Shown: one piece after another, positions 55,367-64,000 of the stretch | How positions within the stretch are numbered: position 1 is the stretch's first letter | How the letters are laid out: every line of letters begins with the position of its first letter | DNA from: Pseudomonadota bacterium | GTDB lineage: Bacteria; Pseudomonadota; Alphaproteobacteria; Rhodobacterales; Rhodobacteraceae | Assembly (NCBI GenBank): GCA_038531775.1 | Contig: JBCBBI010000016.1 | Span: forward strand, 8,662-72,661 | DNA: 64,000 nt | Direction of reading: 5' to 3' | Notes under the pieces: model-generated | Told to the model about the DNA's origin: nothing | What the model saw: only the letters and a program-made list of their open reading frames with translations | Databases searched by the model: none | Translations under genes and position numbers: made by a program

Positions 55367-58300
55367 ATGGAAACCCTCACCTTTCGCCAACCGCGCCTTG
55401 TGGCGCTGATAATCCTGGTTTTAGTCTCTGCCGGGTTGTCGTCTTTTCTTTCCTTAGGACGGCAGGAAGATCCGACAATCACCAATCTGTTTGCAACCAT
55501 CACAACGCAGTTTCCCGGCGCTGATCCAGAACGTGTTGAATCGTTGGTCACGGCGGAGATCGAAGAAGAGTTACGCGAGATCGAGGAGGTGGATGAGGTA
55601 TCCTCCGTTTCTCGGTCAGGGGTCTCTGTTGTGTCGGTGGAGCTTTTGGAGACGCTCGATGAGGCTACGATCGAGCAGGTGTGGGCCGAGGCAAGGGATG
55701 CGGTCGAAGATGCGCGGCGGAATTTTCCAACCGGCGTCTTGGCACCTGACTTCAACGCAGAAGGTATTTCAGCCTATTCTGCCGTAATATCAGTTGCAGC
55801 CACGCATGAGGACACGCCTATAACCCTGCTGGCGCGTCACGCCGAGGCTTTGGGTGACAGGCTTCGCTCTATACCAGCCACCCGCGCTGTGGACCTATTC
55901 GGCATGCCCGAAGAAGAGGTGCTGGTGAGCGTTGATCCGATCCGCGCGGCGACCTTGGGCCTCACTGCCGCCGAAATATCACAGCGTATCACTGCGGCCG
56001 ACGGCAAGGTGCAGTCCGGGCGACTTCAAGGTGATGTTGATCTGACGATTGGCGTCACGGGCGAGATTGAAACGCTTGGGCGGCTGCGTACCGTAGTTCT
56101 GCGCGAGAATGCCTTGGGCAGTACTGTCGCCTTGGGCGATATTGCGGCGATTGACCGTGGCCCCAGAAGCCCTGCGTCGTCACTTGCTTATGCCAACGGA
56201 AAACCAGCGGTTCTTGTCGGCGTTTTGGCTCAGGATGGCGTGCAGATCGACCGATGGATGAGTTTCGTACGCGAAGAACTCTTGGCAGGGTCAGAAAATG
56301 TGCCGTTCGGGATCGAAGAGAGCCTACTATTCGATCAGAGCACCTACACGCTCGACCGGCTTTCCAACGTTGCGGTCAACATGGCCATCGGCGTCTCACT
56401 CGTCGTAATCGTACTGCTTTTGACGCTCGGTATCCGCGCCGCAGCGATCGTCGCGCTTGTCCTGCCCGTCGTGTCCCTTGCCACTTTGGCCACAATGAAC
56501 ATCATCGGCCTGCCAATCCACCAGATGTCAGTAACGGGTCTTATTGTTGCGCTCGGTCTTCTGGTTGACGCAGCAATTGTGATGTCTGATGAAGTTCGCA
56601 GGCGCCTCCAAAACGGCGTGGAACGCATAGAAGCGGTAAGCCAATCGGTCCGCCGACTTGCGGCACCTCTGCTGGCCTCGACCGTTACAACCGCACTGGC
56701 CTTCACGCCTATGATCTTGCTGCCAGGCCCGGCCGGGGATTTTGTAGGAGCCATTGCCATTGCTGTCGTCCTAATGCTGATTTGGTCTTTGGTCGTGGCC
56801 CTGACAGTTACCCCTGCCCTCGCTGGCTGGCTGCTCCCCACGGCCGAAAAAGGCAATGCATTTAGCAGAGGTATCTCTGTTCCGCTTCTCGCTCGTGTTT
56901 TCGAAGGATCCATACGCTTGGCGGTAAATAACCCGCTGCGCGCGATTTCGCTTTCGCTGATCTTACCTCTTCTGGGGTTCGCAGCTTTCCCAACACTGAC
57001 CGCTCAATTTTTTCCCGGTGTGGAACGTAACCAGTTCTACATAGAGGTCGACATGGCGTCCGGTGCGGGCATTGGACGAACTGTGCAAACCGTCAAGGGA
57101 ATGGACCAGATAATCAGAGCGAGTGATGGCGTTGAGAGTGTGTACTGGACCGTCGGAGAGTCAGCACCGGCATTCTATTACAATATTGTAGGCAACCGTT
57201 CACAAGAAACTGGCTATGCTCAGGCCATGGTGACCACTGCCACCGACGCGGACGCGGCTCGCCTAGTTGGCTCATTACAAGTGAAATTCGACGCAGAATT
57301 TCCTGACGCCCAAGTGATAGTGCGCGGTTTGGTGCAAGGCCCGCCAGTTGACGCACCCGTTGAGATCAAAATCCAAGGCCAAGATATCTCAAAACTGCGC
57401 CAATTGGGCGACGAAGTCCGCGCTATAATGGCCGACCTGGAATTGGTCACACAGGCCCGCGCCGGCGTGAACGGCGGCGCTCCCGAAGTGAAGGTCCAGA
57501 TCGATGAGGTTAACACGCGATTGCTCGGGCTCGACATCACTGATGTTGCCGCACAACTCGACTCCGCACTTGTCGGCGTCACGGGTGGCTCTCTTGTCGA
57601 GGGGACGGAGCAACTTCCCGTGCGCGTACGCATGGGGGATGCTCTTCGCTCTGATCTTCAAGCTATCACTGATATGCCGATCTTGCTCCCAAACGCACAG
57701 TCTATCTCTGCAACTGGCGCCTTCCCTGCCGTGCCGTTGTCGGAACTGGCAACACTGGCGATCGAACCTGCTGAAAGTACCATCTCGCGTACGAACGGTA
57801 TCCGTGAAAACACCATTCAGGCGTTCATTGTTCCGGGTGTTTTACCAGAAGAGGCGTTGCAAGACGTCCTTGCTGCGCTCGACGAACGTGGTTTCGAGTT
57901 GCCTAGCGGTTACAGCCTGCAACTTGGCGGAGATAGCGACGCCCGTTCGAACACAGTCGGCAATCTTTTGGCCTCTATTGGTATCATCGTTACACTTACG
58001 ATAGCCACGATAGCGCTCACCTTTAACTCATTCCGTCTCACGGCGGTCGCGCTTATCGTTTGCGTTTTATCGGCGGGACTATCCATGCTTTCGCTAGCGA
58101 TAATGCAATACCCGTTTGGGATAAACGCGATCATCGGTGTCATCGGCTCAATCGGTGTGTCGATCAACGCCGCGATCATCATCCTAACCGCTTTGCAACG
58201 GGACCCTGAGGCAAGTTCAGGCGACAGAAACGCAATGGCGCGCGTGGTGACTGATTCCAGCCGGCACATTGTTTCAACCACGATCACCACTTTTGGCGGC

Positions 58301-58510
58301 TTCTTGCCGTTAATGCTCGGTGGCGGAGCTTTCTGGCCCCCCTTCGCCGTGGCAATCGCCGGTGGTGTACTCCTATCCACGATCGTGTCATTTTATTTCA
58401 CGCCTCCGATTTTTGCGCTTATTCATCGGCGGTCGCACCCGCAATACGCGGGGTCGACTGTCGCAACAACTAACCCCAACACTGTCAGACTTTTTCACGC
58501 GGCGGAGTAG
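55367..58510 (+). CDS. RND efflux permease (AcrB/AcrD/AcrF family)
   Basis: 1047 aa; RQEDP, GLLVDAAIV, ASTVTT.LAF.P, PFAVAIAGG. Confidence 0.93.
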   Translation: METLTFRQPRLVALIILVLVSAGLSSFLSLGRQEDPTITNLFATITTQFPGADPERVESLVTAEIEEELREIEEVDEVSSVSRSGVSVVSVELLETLDEATIEQVWAEARDAVEDARRNFPTGVLAPDFNAEGISAYSAVISVAATHEDTPITLLARHAEALGDRLRSIPATRAVDLFGMPEEEVLVSVDPIRAATLGLTAAEISQRITAADGKVQSGRLQGDVDLTIGVTGEIETLGRLRTVVLRENALGSTVALGDIAAIDRGPRSPASSLAYANGKPAVLVGVLAQDGVQIDRWMSFVREELLAGSENVPFGIEESLLFDQSTYTLDRLSNVAVNMAIGVSLVVIVLLLTLGIRAAAIVALVLPVVSLATLATMNIIGLPIHQMSVTGLIVALGLLVDAAIVMSDEVRRRLQNGVERIEAVSQSVRRLAAPLLASTVTTALAFTPMILLPGPAGDFVGAIAIAVVLMLIWSLVVALTVTPALAGWLLPTAEKGNAFSRGISVPLLARVFEGSIRLAVNNPLRAISLSLILPLLGFAAFPTLTAQFFPGVERNQFYIEVDMASGAGIGRTVQTVKGMDQIIRASDGVESVYWTVGESAPAFYYNIVGNRSQETGYAQAMVTTATDADAARLVGSLQVKFDAEFPDAQVIVRGLVQGPPVDAPVEIKIQGQDISKLRQLGDEVRAIMADLELVTQARAGVNGGAPEVKVQIDEVNTRLLGLDITDVAAQLDSALVGVTGGSLVEGTEQLPVRVRMGDALRSDLQAITDMPILLPNAQSISATGAFPAVPLSELATLAIEPAESTISRTNGIRENTIQAFIVPGVLPEEALQDVLAALDERGFELPSGYSLQLGGDSDARSNTVGNLLASIGIIVTLTIATIALTFNSFRLTAVALIVCVLSAGLSMLSLAIMQYPFGINAIIGVIGSIGVSINAAIIILTALQRDPEASSGDRNAMARVVTDSSRHIVSTTITTFGGFLPLMLGGGAFWPPFAVAIAGGVLLSTIVSFYFTPPIFALIHRRSHPQYAGSTVATTNPNTVRLFHAAE

Positions 58511-58984
58511 TCACAGACCAATGGACGGCAAGTTCATCTTATTTGACAGCCGAATAAGCCTTTCTTCAGCTGTCGCAACTCAACAAAAAAGACGAGATTT
58601 TGTATTTATCCGTGGTCTATCCAATCGGCTGATTGTCAAACATCAAAATTCTACGCAGAACGGTTTCAAGGGTGACGCAAGCGCAGGGTCGCTTTGAAGG
58701 AAAATCATTCGCCTAATGCGTCATTTTTTGCTCCGGCTGCGAATTACAGGTTCGGAAAGCAGCACTGCTACGAGATGAATGTGGGTCCAAGGTCTGCAAA
58801 CGGCCGTTCCTAGCAAAAGCTGGAACGTGTTGGCGTAAAAATGCCGCGGCCTCCTGTATCGGCGTTGGACCCAAAATGCATGGTACTACATTTCGTCCAA
58901 ATGGCAGCTGACCTTGAGCACTACGATCATCCACCATGCATCAATTGCGCCACGCTATTTGCTCTGACTGCTTCAAACATAAAT

Positions 58985-59521
58985 TCAATTTTTGAAACCA
59001 AGTTTACCAGGTGCGACATTGATGAGTTCATACATATTTACGTTATTGCTCAGATCGAGTTCGCTTTGTGTCGTGTCTATCCAAACGCCAAAGTCAATCA
59101 AGTTCTTGTACTTCGAAGTAATGTAGGCTCCACGGCAAAAAATCTCGCCTGCTGCTATGCTGGGCCAGTTTATGCGCCTGGTGTTTGTGCCCACCATCAG
59201 TGCGACGCGCGTTGGCTTACTTGGCGCAAAGCCGATATTGCGCACGCAGATTCTGGCAAAGCCATCATCGCTATAGCTGGGATCTTCCGGCAGCAGGTCA
59301 GGCTTGAAGATAGCTTTGTGCTTGGTCCCAAAGGGTTTTGCTTTACGGTTTGATTTTTGATCGCGCTTTGAGCGCCCTTCTATTTGGGCCGTTTCAGCCT
59401 CGCTGAAATTGGCGCGGCTGTTTTGCTCTTTCGCCTCAGTGCCAGGCAATGTCGCCATGGCGGTTGCAAATGAGAGCGACGTGAGGATTACATTGGTTTG
59501 CATCGGAATGATCTTTTCCAT
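58985..59521 (-). CDS. Secreted CARDB (Ig-like) domain protein
   Basis: Signal-like N-terminus; PDL...VRNIG...WID...E.D.SNN; start is 59521 or 59503 (the longer ORF runs through a terminator). Confidence 0.6.
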   Translation of the reverse strand: MEKIIPMQTNVILTSLSFATAMATLPGTEAKEQNSRANFSEAETAQIEGRSKRDQKSNRKAKPFGTKHKAIFKPDLLPEDPSYSDDGFARICVRNIGFAPSKPTRVALMVGTNTRRINWPSIAAGEIFCRGAYITSKYKNLIDFGVWIDTTQSELDLSNNVNMYELINVAPGKLGFKN

Positions 59522-59624
59522 GTCGATTGTACATCGGCTAGATGAGCAGAACGGAAGGTTCAAAAGTAGATCATGAAAAGTCTGAGCAGCTGAACCAACC
59601 GGTGGCGTGCGACATGCACACGAT

Positions 59625-59650
59625 AAAAAACCCGGGGAGACCCCGGGCTT
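59625..59650 (-). terminator. Intrinsic terminator after the 59671-60180 gene
   Basis: Minus strand reads CCCGGGG-TCT-CCCCGGG-TTTTTT. Confidence 0.8.
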
Positions 59651-59670
59651 TCGCGAATACATTTTTCAAC

Positions 59671-60180
59671 TCAGCACTGATCCTGTGCAAAGTTGTTCGT
59701 GACACTTTCCTCTTGCATGGCGTCGAAATGATCTGCGCCTACCAGAACCGTGAAGCTTTCCTGGTTAAATGGATGCGGCACAGCGGCTGTGATCAGCACC
59801 TGTTTTTTGCGCGGCACGATCGGAACGGAGACCGTATAATAGGTGGTAGAGCTACCCTGAAACCCGACATAGGCATGAGACGCAGGGGCCATCTTGTCGC
59901 CGATATTCTTGACGTAGAACTGAACCGTTGAGGGTGAGTTGCACATGCCACCGCGTGCTGGCGTAACGATCAGATCCGGCAAAGCATTTTCATACTCATT
60001 GCTCACCAAATCGCCGCTGGCAGAGCGTGTTCTAGGGGCGCGCAACTGTTGTTGTCCCACCGATTTCTGGCTTACGCCTTTCTTACGAAGTTCTGCGGCC
60101 TCGGCGGAAACGACAAGGCCACTGACGATAACTGAGGCCGTCAGGGTGGAACGAATGATGTTGGCGATGATGCGGTTCAT
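59671..60180 (-). CDS. Secreted CARDB (Ig-like) domain protein
   Basis: Signal peptide (AEA-A); LPDLIV...VKNIG...GAD....EES.TNN. Confidence 0.75.
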   Translation of the reverse strand: MNRIIANIIRSTLTASVIVSGLVVSAEAAELRKKGVSQKSVGQQQLRAPRTRSASGDLVSNEYENALPDLIVTPARGGMCNSPSTVQFYVKNIGDKMAPASHAYVGFQGSSTTYYTVSVPIVPRKKQVLITAAVPHPFNQESFTVLVGADHFDAMQEESVTNNFAQDQC

Positions 60181-60213
60181 GGAAATGTCCTTTCAAATCA
60201 TGTTTTCTGGACA

Positions 60214-60242
60214 TGTGTCGTAAGCACCCCGCCGATGGTTCA
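60214..60242 (-). promoter_or_regulatory. Candidate ECF promoter TGAACC-N16-CGACACA
   Basis: Ends 33 bp upstream of ATG 60180; matches the motif upstream of the ECF gene at 30319. Confidence 0.45.
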
Positions 60243-60277
60243 AAAAGATTCTAAAACTCTTTAAATTCGATTTTTGC

Positions 60278-61759
60278 TCAGCAACCGTTCGACTGAACAA
60301 GCCCGTAGCCGAACTTTGTGTCCCTGCCAGATGCGCCAATGTCGCGCACGTTCTGACGCAGCGCTTTGCGAGCGTTGTTGATCGAAAACGCCCCACGTGC
60401 GGCCCGGCGCGCTAGAAGACCAATGACAAGGGGAGCCGCAAAGGATGTGCCAGACTGATAAGACGCCCCGGCCCCTTTGGCCGAATAGATATCGACACCG
60501 GGGGCCGCGAACTCGATATGCTTTCCGGTGTTTGCTTTTCGGAAGAGGCGACCTGCCGCGTCGACGGCTGTGATAGCAATCACCTCGGGTGCCGCGGCGG
60601 GGTATTTTGGTTTCGACGAGCGATCATTGCCCGCAGCGGCGATCATAACCATTCCCTTGCTCGCAGATAGCGTAAGGATACGACCCATAGTCGCATTGGG
60701 TGGCCCAGCAAAGGACATGTTCACCAGCCGCACACGCTGGCCCGCTAGCCAGCCAATACCTGCGGCCACGTTCTCCAAGCGCCCGCCGTTGCGTCCCTTG
60801 GCATTGCTAAAAGCTGCCGCCGCAAAGACCTGCGCACCTGGTGCGACGCCAATAAGAGGACCTGCAGCCGGCCCACCGGCGATGAGGGCCGCCACCGCTG
60901 TTCCATGATCGGCACCAACATGACGCTCGCCCGCGCTCAGCACAGATTTTCGTGTGACAGAGACGCCCTTGAGCGCCGCATGATCAGTATTGACCGGTCC
61001 GTCGATCACGCCCACACGCACCGCACCGCGCAATCGGCAGACCTTCGAAGGGTCATCGCCCAGCATCTTCGAATGATAGAGCCGCGGGCCCGAAGATAGC
61101 CGATAAATATGGTGCAAATCGATAACCGCCGTTGATGCCACGTTTTGCAAAGCCGCCCGCGCCTGTTGCAAGGTTAGATTGCCGGGAAAGGCATAGAACT
61201 GCATCTGCTGACCCAGGCCAGGAATGTTGCGCGTGCGTAGAAGCTGCGCACCGACGCTCTGCATTGCATTTGCTGCGGCATTTGCTTGCCCAGTGGAGAC
61301 GGTCAGCGCGTATTCGGACGAACCGTCCGGCGCCGAAACCACATCGCTGCCAGCGCGTTTGCTCTTGGTGGTGCGGCTCTTGCGCTCTGGCCTGTTGGAT
61401 GCTGCGTCGCTGCATATCTCCAAGCGCCCTAGTGTCAAAGCAGACGTGCCAGGTCGTTCCCAAAGCATTGAGTACATCGCCCCTTCACTGAGCCCACGCC
61501 GAGGTATGACGACAGAGATGCGCCGAATTGACCACCTCGTTGCACGCGCCACTACAGCCGGGCCCGATCCTGTGAGAAGGATCCGGCCCGAAGGGCTGCG
61601 GCCAAAGCCGGGGCCTGTTACTGTAGCCGTGGCCCCAAGAGCATAGCAGTCGGACCGATCAAGCCGGTACTGGGCTTGGGCGTCTTGCGATAAAAGCACA
61701 ATCGCAAACGCCGCCAAAATGATATGGGCAAAACTGTGCATATCATTCGACGCTTTCAA
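60278..61759 (-). CDS. Secreted S8 (subtilase) serine peptidase with N-terminal IPT/TIG-like domain and propeptide
   Basis: Signal peptide (AQA-Q); VTGPGFG; VIDG, HGTAVA, AAAGND, SGTSFAAP. Confidence 0.9.
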   Translation of the reverse strand: MKASNDMHSFAHIILAAFAIVLLSQDAQAQYRLDRSDCYALGATATVTGPGFGRSPSGRILLTGSGPAVVARATRWSIRRISVVIPRRGLSEGAMYSMLWERPGTSALTLGRLEICSDAASNRPERKSRTTKSKRAGSDVVSAPDGSSEYALTVSTGQANAAANAMQSVGAQLLRTRNIPGLGQQMQFYAFPGNLTLQQARAALQNVASTAVIDLHHIYRLSSGPRLYHSKMLGDDPSKVCRLRGAVRVGVIDGPVNTDHAALKGVSVTRKSVLSAGERHVGADHGTAVAALIAGGPAAGPLIGVAPGAQVFAAAAFSNAKGRNGGRLENVAAGIGWLAGQRVRLVNMSFAGPPNATMGRILTLSASKGMVMIAAAGNDRSSKPKYPAAAPEVIAITAVDAAGRLFRKANTGKHIEFAAPGVDIYSAKGAGASYQSGTSFAAPLVIGLLARRAARGAFSINNARKALRQNVRDIGASGRDTKFGYGLVQSNGC

Positions 61760-62345
61760 TCAGCCGGGTGCGTTGTTTCAAAGCAGAAAGAGCAGCAGTG
61801 CGCGCTGCCTCGTCGGTTGCCGCCAGCGTGTAGAGGCCGAGTGCGGAAGGCCCATCGATGATCATAAGATCAAGCTCCAACATTAGTGCACGAATTTGCG
61901 CCTCGGTCGCATCGGGGTTGAAGGCCACGACAAGTGTTGGACCGACGCCAATGCTTTCTTCCTCGCCGGCAAGTTCAAATCCACTGCCGTCGCTCAGGCC
62001 AAGATAAGCCGTCTGCGCGATGAAAAGACCAAAGACGACCATCGCTGCAATCTTCCAGAAACGCGGTGGGGCAGGTATATTGGCGGCTGGTGGTGCCGTC
62101 ATCGTCTCGGCCTCGATATCGCGCAAAAGCCGGGCTAGACCAAACTCACCTGGGGATTGTACCTCGGCTTCTTTCTGCATGCTCTCGCGCATGGCCTTCA
62201 GCGCCTGGAGCTGTGCCTGAAGATCAGGATCAGCATCTACGGCAGCCTCGACTGCCTCGCGCTCCTCACCTTCAAGCGAACCGTTTGCTAAAAAGACTAA
62301 AAGCGCCTCCACCTCTTCGCGCGGCATATCGAATTGCTCGGTCAT
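61743..62345 (-). CDS. Anti-sigma factor (Cys-free zf-HC2-like N-terminus, TM, C-terminal alpha/beta domain)
   Basis: LLVFLANGSLEGEEREAVE; TM FWKIAAMVVFGLFIA; ATGA overlap with the ECF gene. Confidence 0.8.
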   Translation of the reverse strand: MTEQFDMPREEVEALLVFLANGSLEGEEREAVEAAVDADPDLQAQLQALKAMRESMQKEAEVQSPGEFGLARLLRDIEAETMTAPPAANIPAPPRFWKIAAMVVFGLFIAQTAYLGLSDGSGFELAGEEESIGVGPTLVVAFNPDATEAQIRALMLELDLMIIDGPSALGLYTLAATDEAARTAALSALKQRTRLIESVE

Positions 62346-62899
62346 GTCCGTGCCTCCTTCATCCGGGCCTCAAGGCAACGAAGAAGCAGCTTTTTAGCGT
62401 GAAAAATGCGCGTTTTGATCGTGCCTTCGGGAACCTCAGCGGTCTCTGCGATCTGGCCGTAGGACATGTCTTCATAAAAAGCGAGTTCCACCGCTGAGCG
62501 GTGCTGCGGCTTTAAGGTCTCCATGCAAAAGCGTAGGTGCACCGCCTCTTGTGCCACCGCAATGCAGGTTACCGCATCGGGCGTGTCGTCCACCGTTTCT
62601 TCCATTTCGTCAGTCAGATCGGTTCGTGAGTGTTTGCGAAAATGATCCATTGTCTTCCTGTAAGCGATTCCAAAAACCCATGTTTTGACGGTCGACCTGC
62701 CCTCAAAGCGCGATGCTGAGCGCCAGAGATCAATGAAAACGTCATGGAGTATGTCGGAGGACTGATGCGGATCGTTCAATTTCGATTGGATAAATCTGTA
62801 GACGGGCTTCTCAAGCGCCTTGTAAAGAGCCGCAAAGGCCGCGCGATCCTGCGCGGCCACGCGGGCCATCAAGCTGGCAAGCTCAGTATTGTCAGTCAT
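62342..62899 (-). CDS. ECF sigma-70 factor
   Basis: RFEGRSTVKTWVFGIAYR; YGQIAETAEVPEGTIKTRIFHA. Confidence 0.92.
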   Translation of the reverse strand: MTDNTELASLMARVAAQDRAAFAALYKALEKPVYRFIQSKLNDPHQSSDILHDVFIDLWRSASRFEGRSTVKTWVFGIAYRKTMDHFRKHSRTDLTDEMEETVDDTPDAVTCIAVAQEAVHLRFCMETLKPQHRSAVELAFYEDMSYGQIAETAEVPEGTIKTRIFHAKKLLLRCLEARMKEART

Positions 62900-62926
62900 A
62901 CATTCATCCGTTTAATGCGGCGTAAC

Positions 62927-64000
62927 CTACTTCAACTGGCGCTTTGAAGATACTGCTATAGGCGTACCCGCCCCGTCGAACGCCACCACGTACCAAAACA
63001 AACGCGTCTCCGTATTCAGACGTCGAAGCGTGAACTGGCGCAACAACGCCGATGTCTGCCTGCTCTCAATGGCCGCAAGAAAATCACGGTCAAGACCGAC
63101 GGCGTCAGTCCGGCTGAATTCAACGCGGTAACGTGCCGCTCCTGGTACAGGTTGCCAGGCAAAACGCGTGGCCCCTTTGACCCCAAAGCCAGGCGGCGGA
63201 GACAGGAGGTTCACGTTCTTTGCTGCCGGTTCTGCTGCGTCCGGTTCAACCACGCTGTAGCTGATAACCTCCAATGGAGTCGGGCTCAAACCTAGTGTGA
63301 CAGCTTCCGGTACAAACCGCACCTGATATAGGCCTGGTCTGTCTGTTCGAAGATTAGGGCTTTCAAAAACCGTCCGAACCGCGCCGGAGAGGCGCCGGGA
63401 CACCCGCCCAATCGGTCTGAACGCGGCAGAACCAGTCGGACCAGAAACCTCCCACCGTCCGGCAAAACTACCGCGACCAAGCGACGAAATCTCTAGCCTT
63501 GCATTCAGTGCATCGCCGGATTCAACCACTGCAAAACGGCTGTCATCGTCAAAGATCAACTCCAAATTCCGAATGGAGAGCGATCCGCCCGAAGATGGCT
63601 GCAAAGAAATCGTTCCGGGGATGGGTCCATTGGTGGCGACGGTCGAACCAAAGCTGCGGGTGTAGGTGCTTGGACCAGCCGCCCCAATCGCCTCTGCTGT
63701 GTTCCGGTCAATAAACAGCCGTTCTGTCAGAGTTATCGTTTCAGTTTGACCAGCGCCAGGGCTTGGCACCCGTTTCGATAAACTTCCACCCAAAGTGACC
63801 CCCGTGCTCGTCACGCCGCTTGCAGAAGACACCGTTTCCGCGGCGGGACCAAAAAAGTTTAGCCTAATCGTCCATCTTACCGTGATTGCACTGGATCCGC
63901 CCGGGTTCACTCGAACAGTCGCGGGCGCAGGTGATACAGAAACAACGACGGCTTGTGCGTGGGCGCTTTGTAGCGAAAGGAGAAGCACAAAAGTTGTCAG
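62927..64000 (-). CDS. Secreted beta-sandwich (Ig/FN3-like) protein, start outside the window
   Basis: Frame open to the window end; signal peptide end (SAHA-Q); C-terminal FAWQPVPGAARYRVEF...WYVVAFD is FN3-like. Confidence 0.7.
   Translation of the reverse strand: MTTFVLLLSLQSAHAQAVVVSVSPAPATVRVNPGGSSAITVRWTIRLNFFGPAAETVSSASGVTSTGVTLGGSLSKRVPSPGAGQTETITLTERLFIDRNTAEAIGAAGPSTYTRSFGSTVATNGPIPGTISLQPSSGGSLSIRNLELIFDDDSRFAVVESGDALNARLEISSLGRGSFAGRWEVSGPTGSAAFRPIGRVSRRLSGAVRTVFESPNLRTDRPGLYQVRFVPEAVTLGLSPTPLEVISYSVVEPDAAEPAAKNVNLLSPPPGFGVKGATRFAWQPVPGAARYRVEFSRTDAVGLDRDFLAAIESRQTSALLRQFTLRRLNTETRLFWYVVAFDGAGTPIAVSSKRQLK

Noticed and set aside
58511-58984. Possible MITE/IS remnant or small gene after the RND permease
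   Set aside because: No terminal inverted repeats, target duplication or transposase motif could be identified by eye
58841-59353. 170-aa Cys-rich plus-strand ORF
   Set aside because: Antisense to the CARDB gene, which has a signal-like N-terminus and domain motifs
59522-59662. 5' extension of the 58985 ORF
   Set aside because: Runs through the intrinsic terminator and the putative promoter; downstream ATGs fit better
1-64000. tRNA, rRNA, integrase, transposase or prophage genes
   Set aside because: None recognised; tRNAscan-SE, Infernal and ISEScan would be needed to exclude them formally

Overview
Alphaproteobacterial chromosome segment, probably Rhodobacteraceae/Roseobacter group (inferred from gene content and protein style; no database check was possible). 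In order: 3' part of an alpha/beta-hydrolase-OsmC gene; a lone receiver gene with a CtrA-type box; cobC-cobD; then an ~14.7 kb minus-strand block (3.5-18.2 kb) encoding a Hanks-type Ser/Thr kinase with a long helical stalk and PDZ-like tip, an FHA protein, a PP2C phosphatase, three dynamin-like GTPases (one degenerate), two Roadblock-like proteins, a PstS-like/OmpA fusion and two secreted tandem NarX/PilJ-domain proteins. This block is the best candidate for an uncharacterised system. Next come DUF599, MATE, and a TAXI-TRAP/LysR/DadA-like cluster whose D-cysteine-desulfhydrase-family gene is frameshifted by an exact 17-bp tandem duplication. Two paralogous ECF sigma / anti-sigma / S8 protease modules lie at 27.9-30.3 kb and 60.3-62.9 kb. 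Their anti-sigmas end in a propeptide-like domain, and a candidate promoter TGAACC-N16-SSACWCA recurs three times near them. The window also holds a C-P lyase (phn) cluster with an inserted GNAT, a P-loop-degenerate phnN and no phnP; a Ugp-like ABC transporter with a metallophosphoesterase; TetR/RND efflux; and secreted CARDB/Ig-like proteins. I saw no rRNA, tRNA, CRISPR array or intact mobile element. All family calls come from motifs read by eye.
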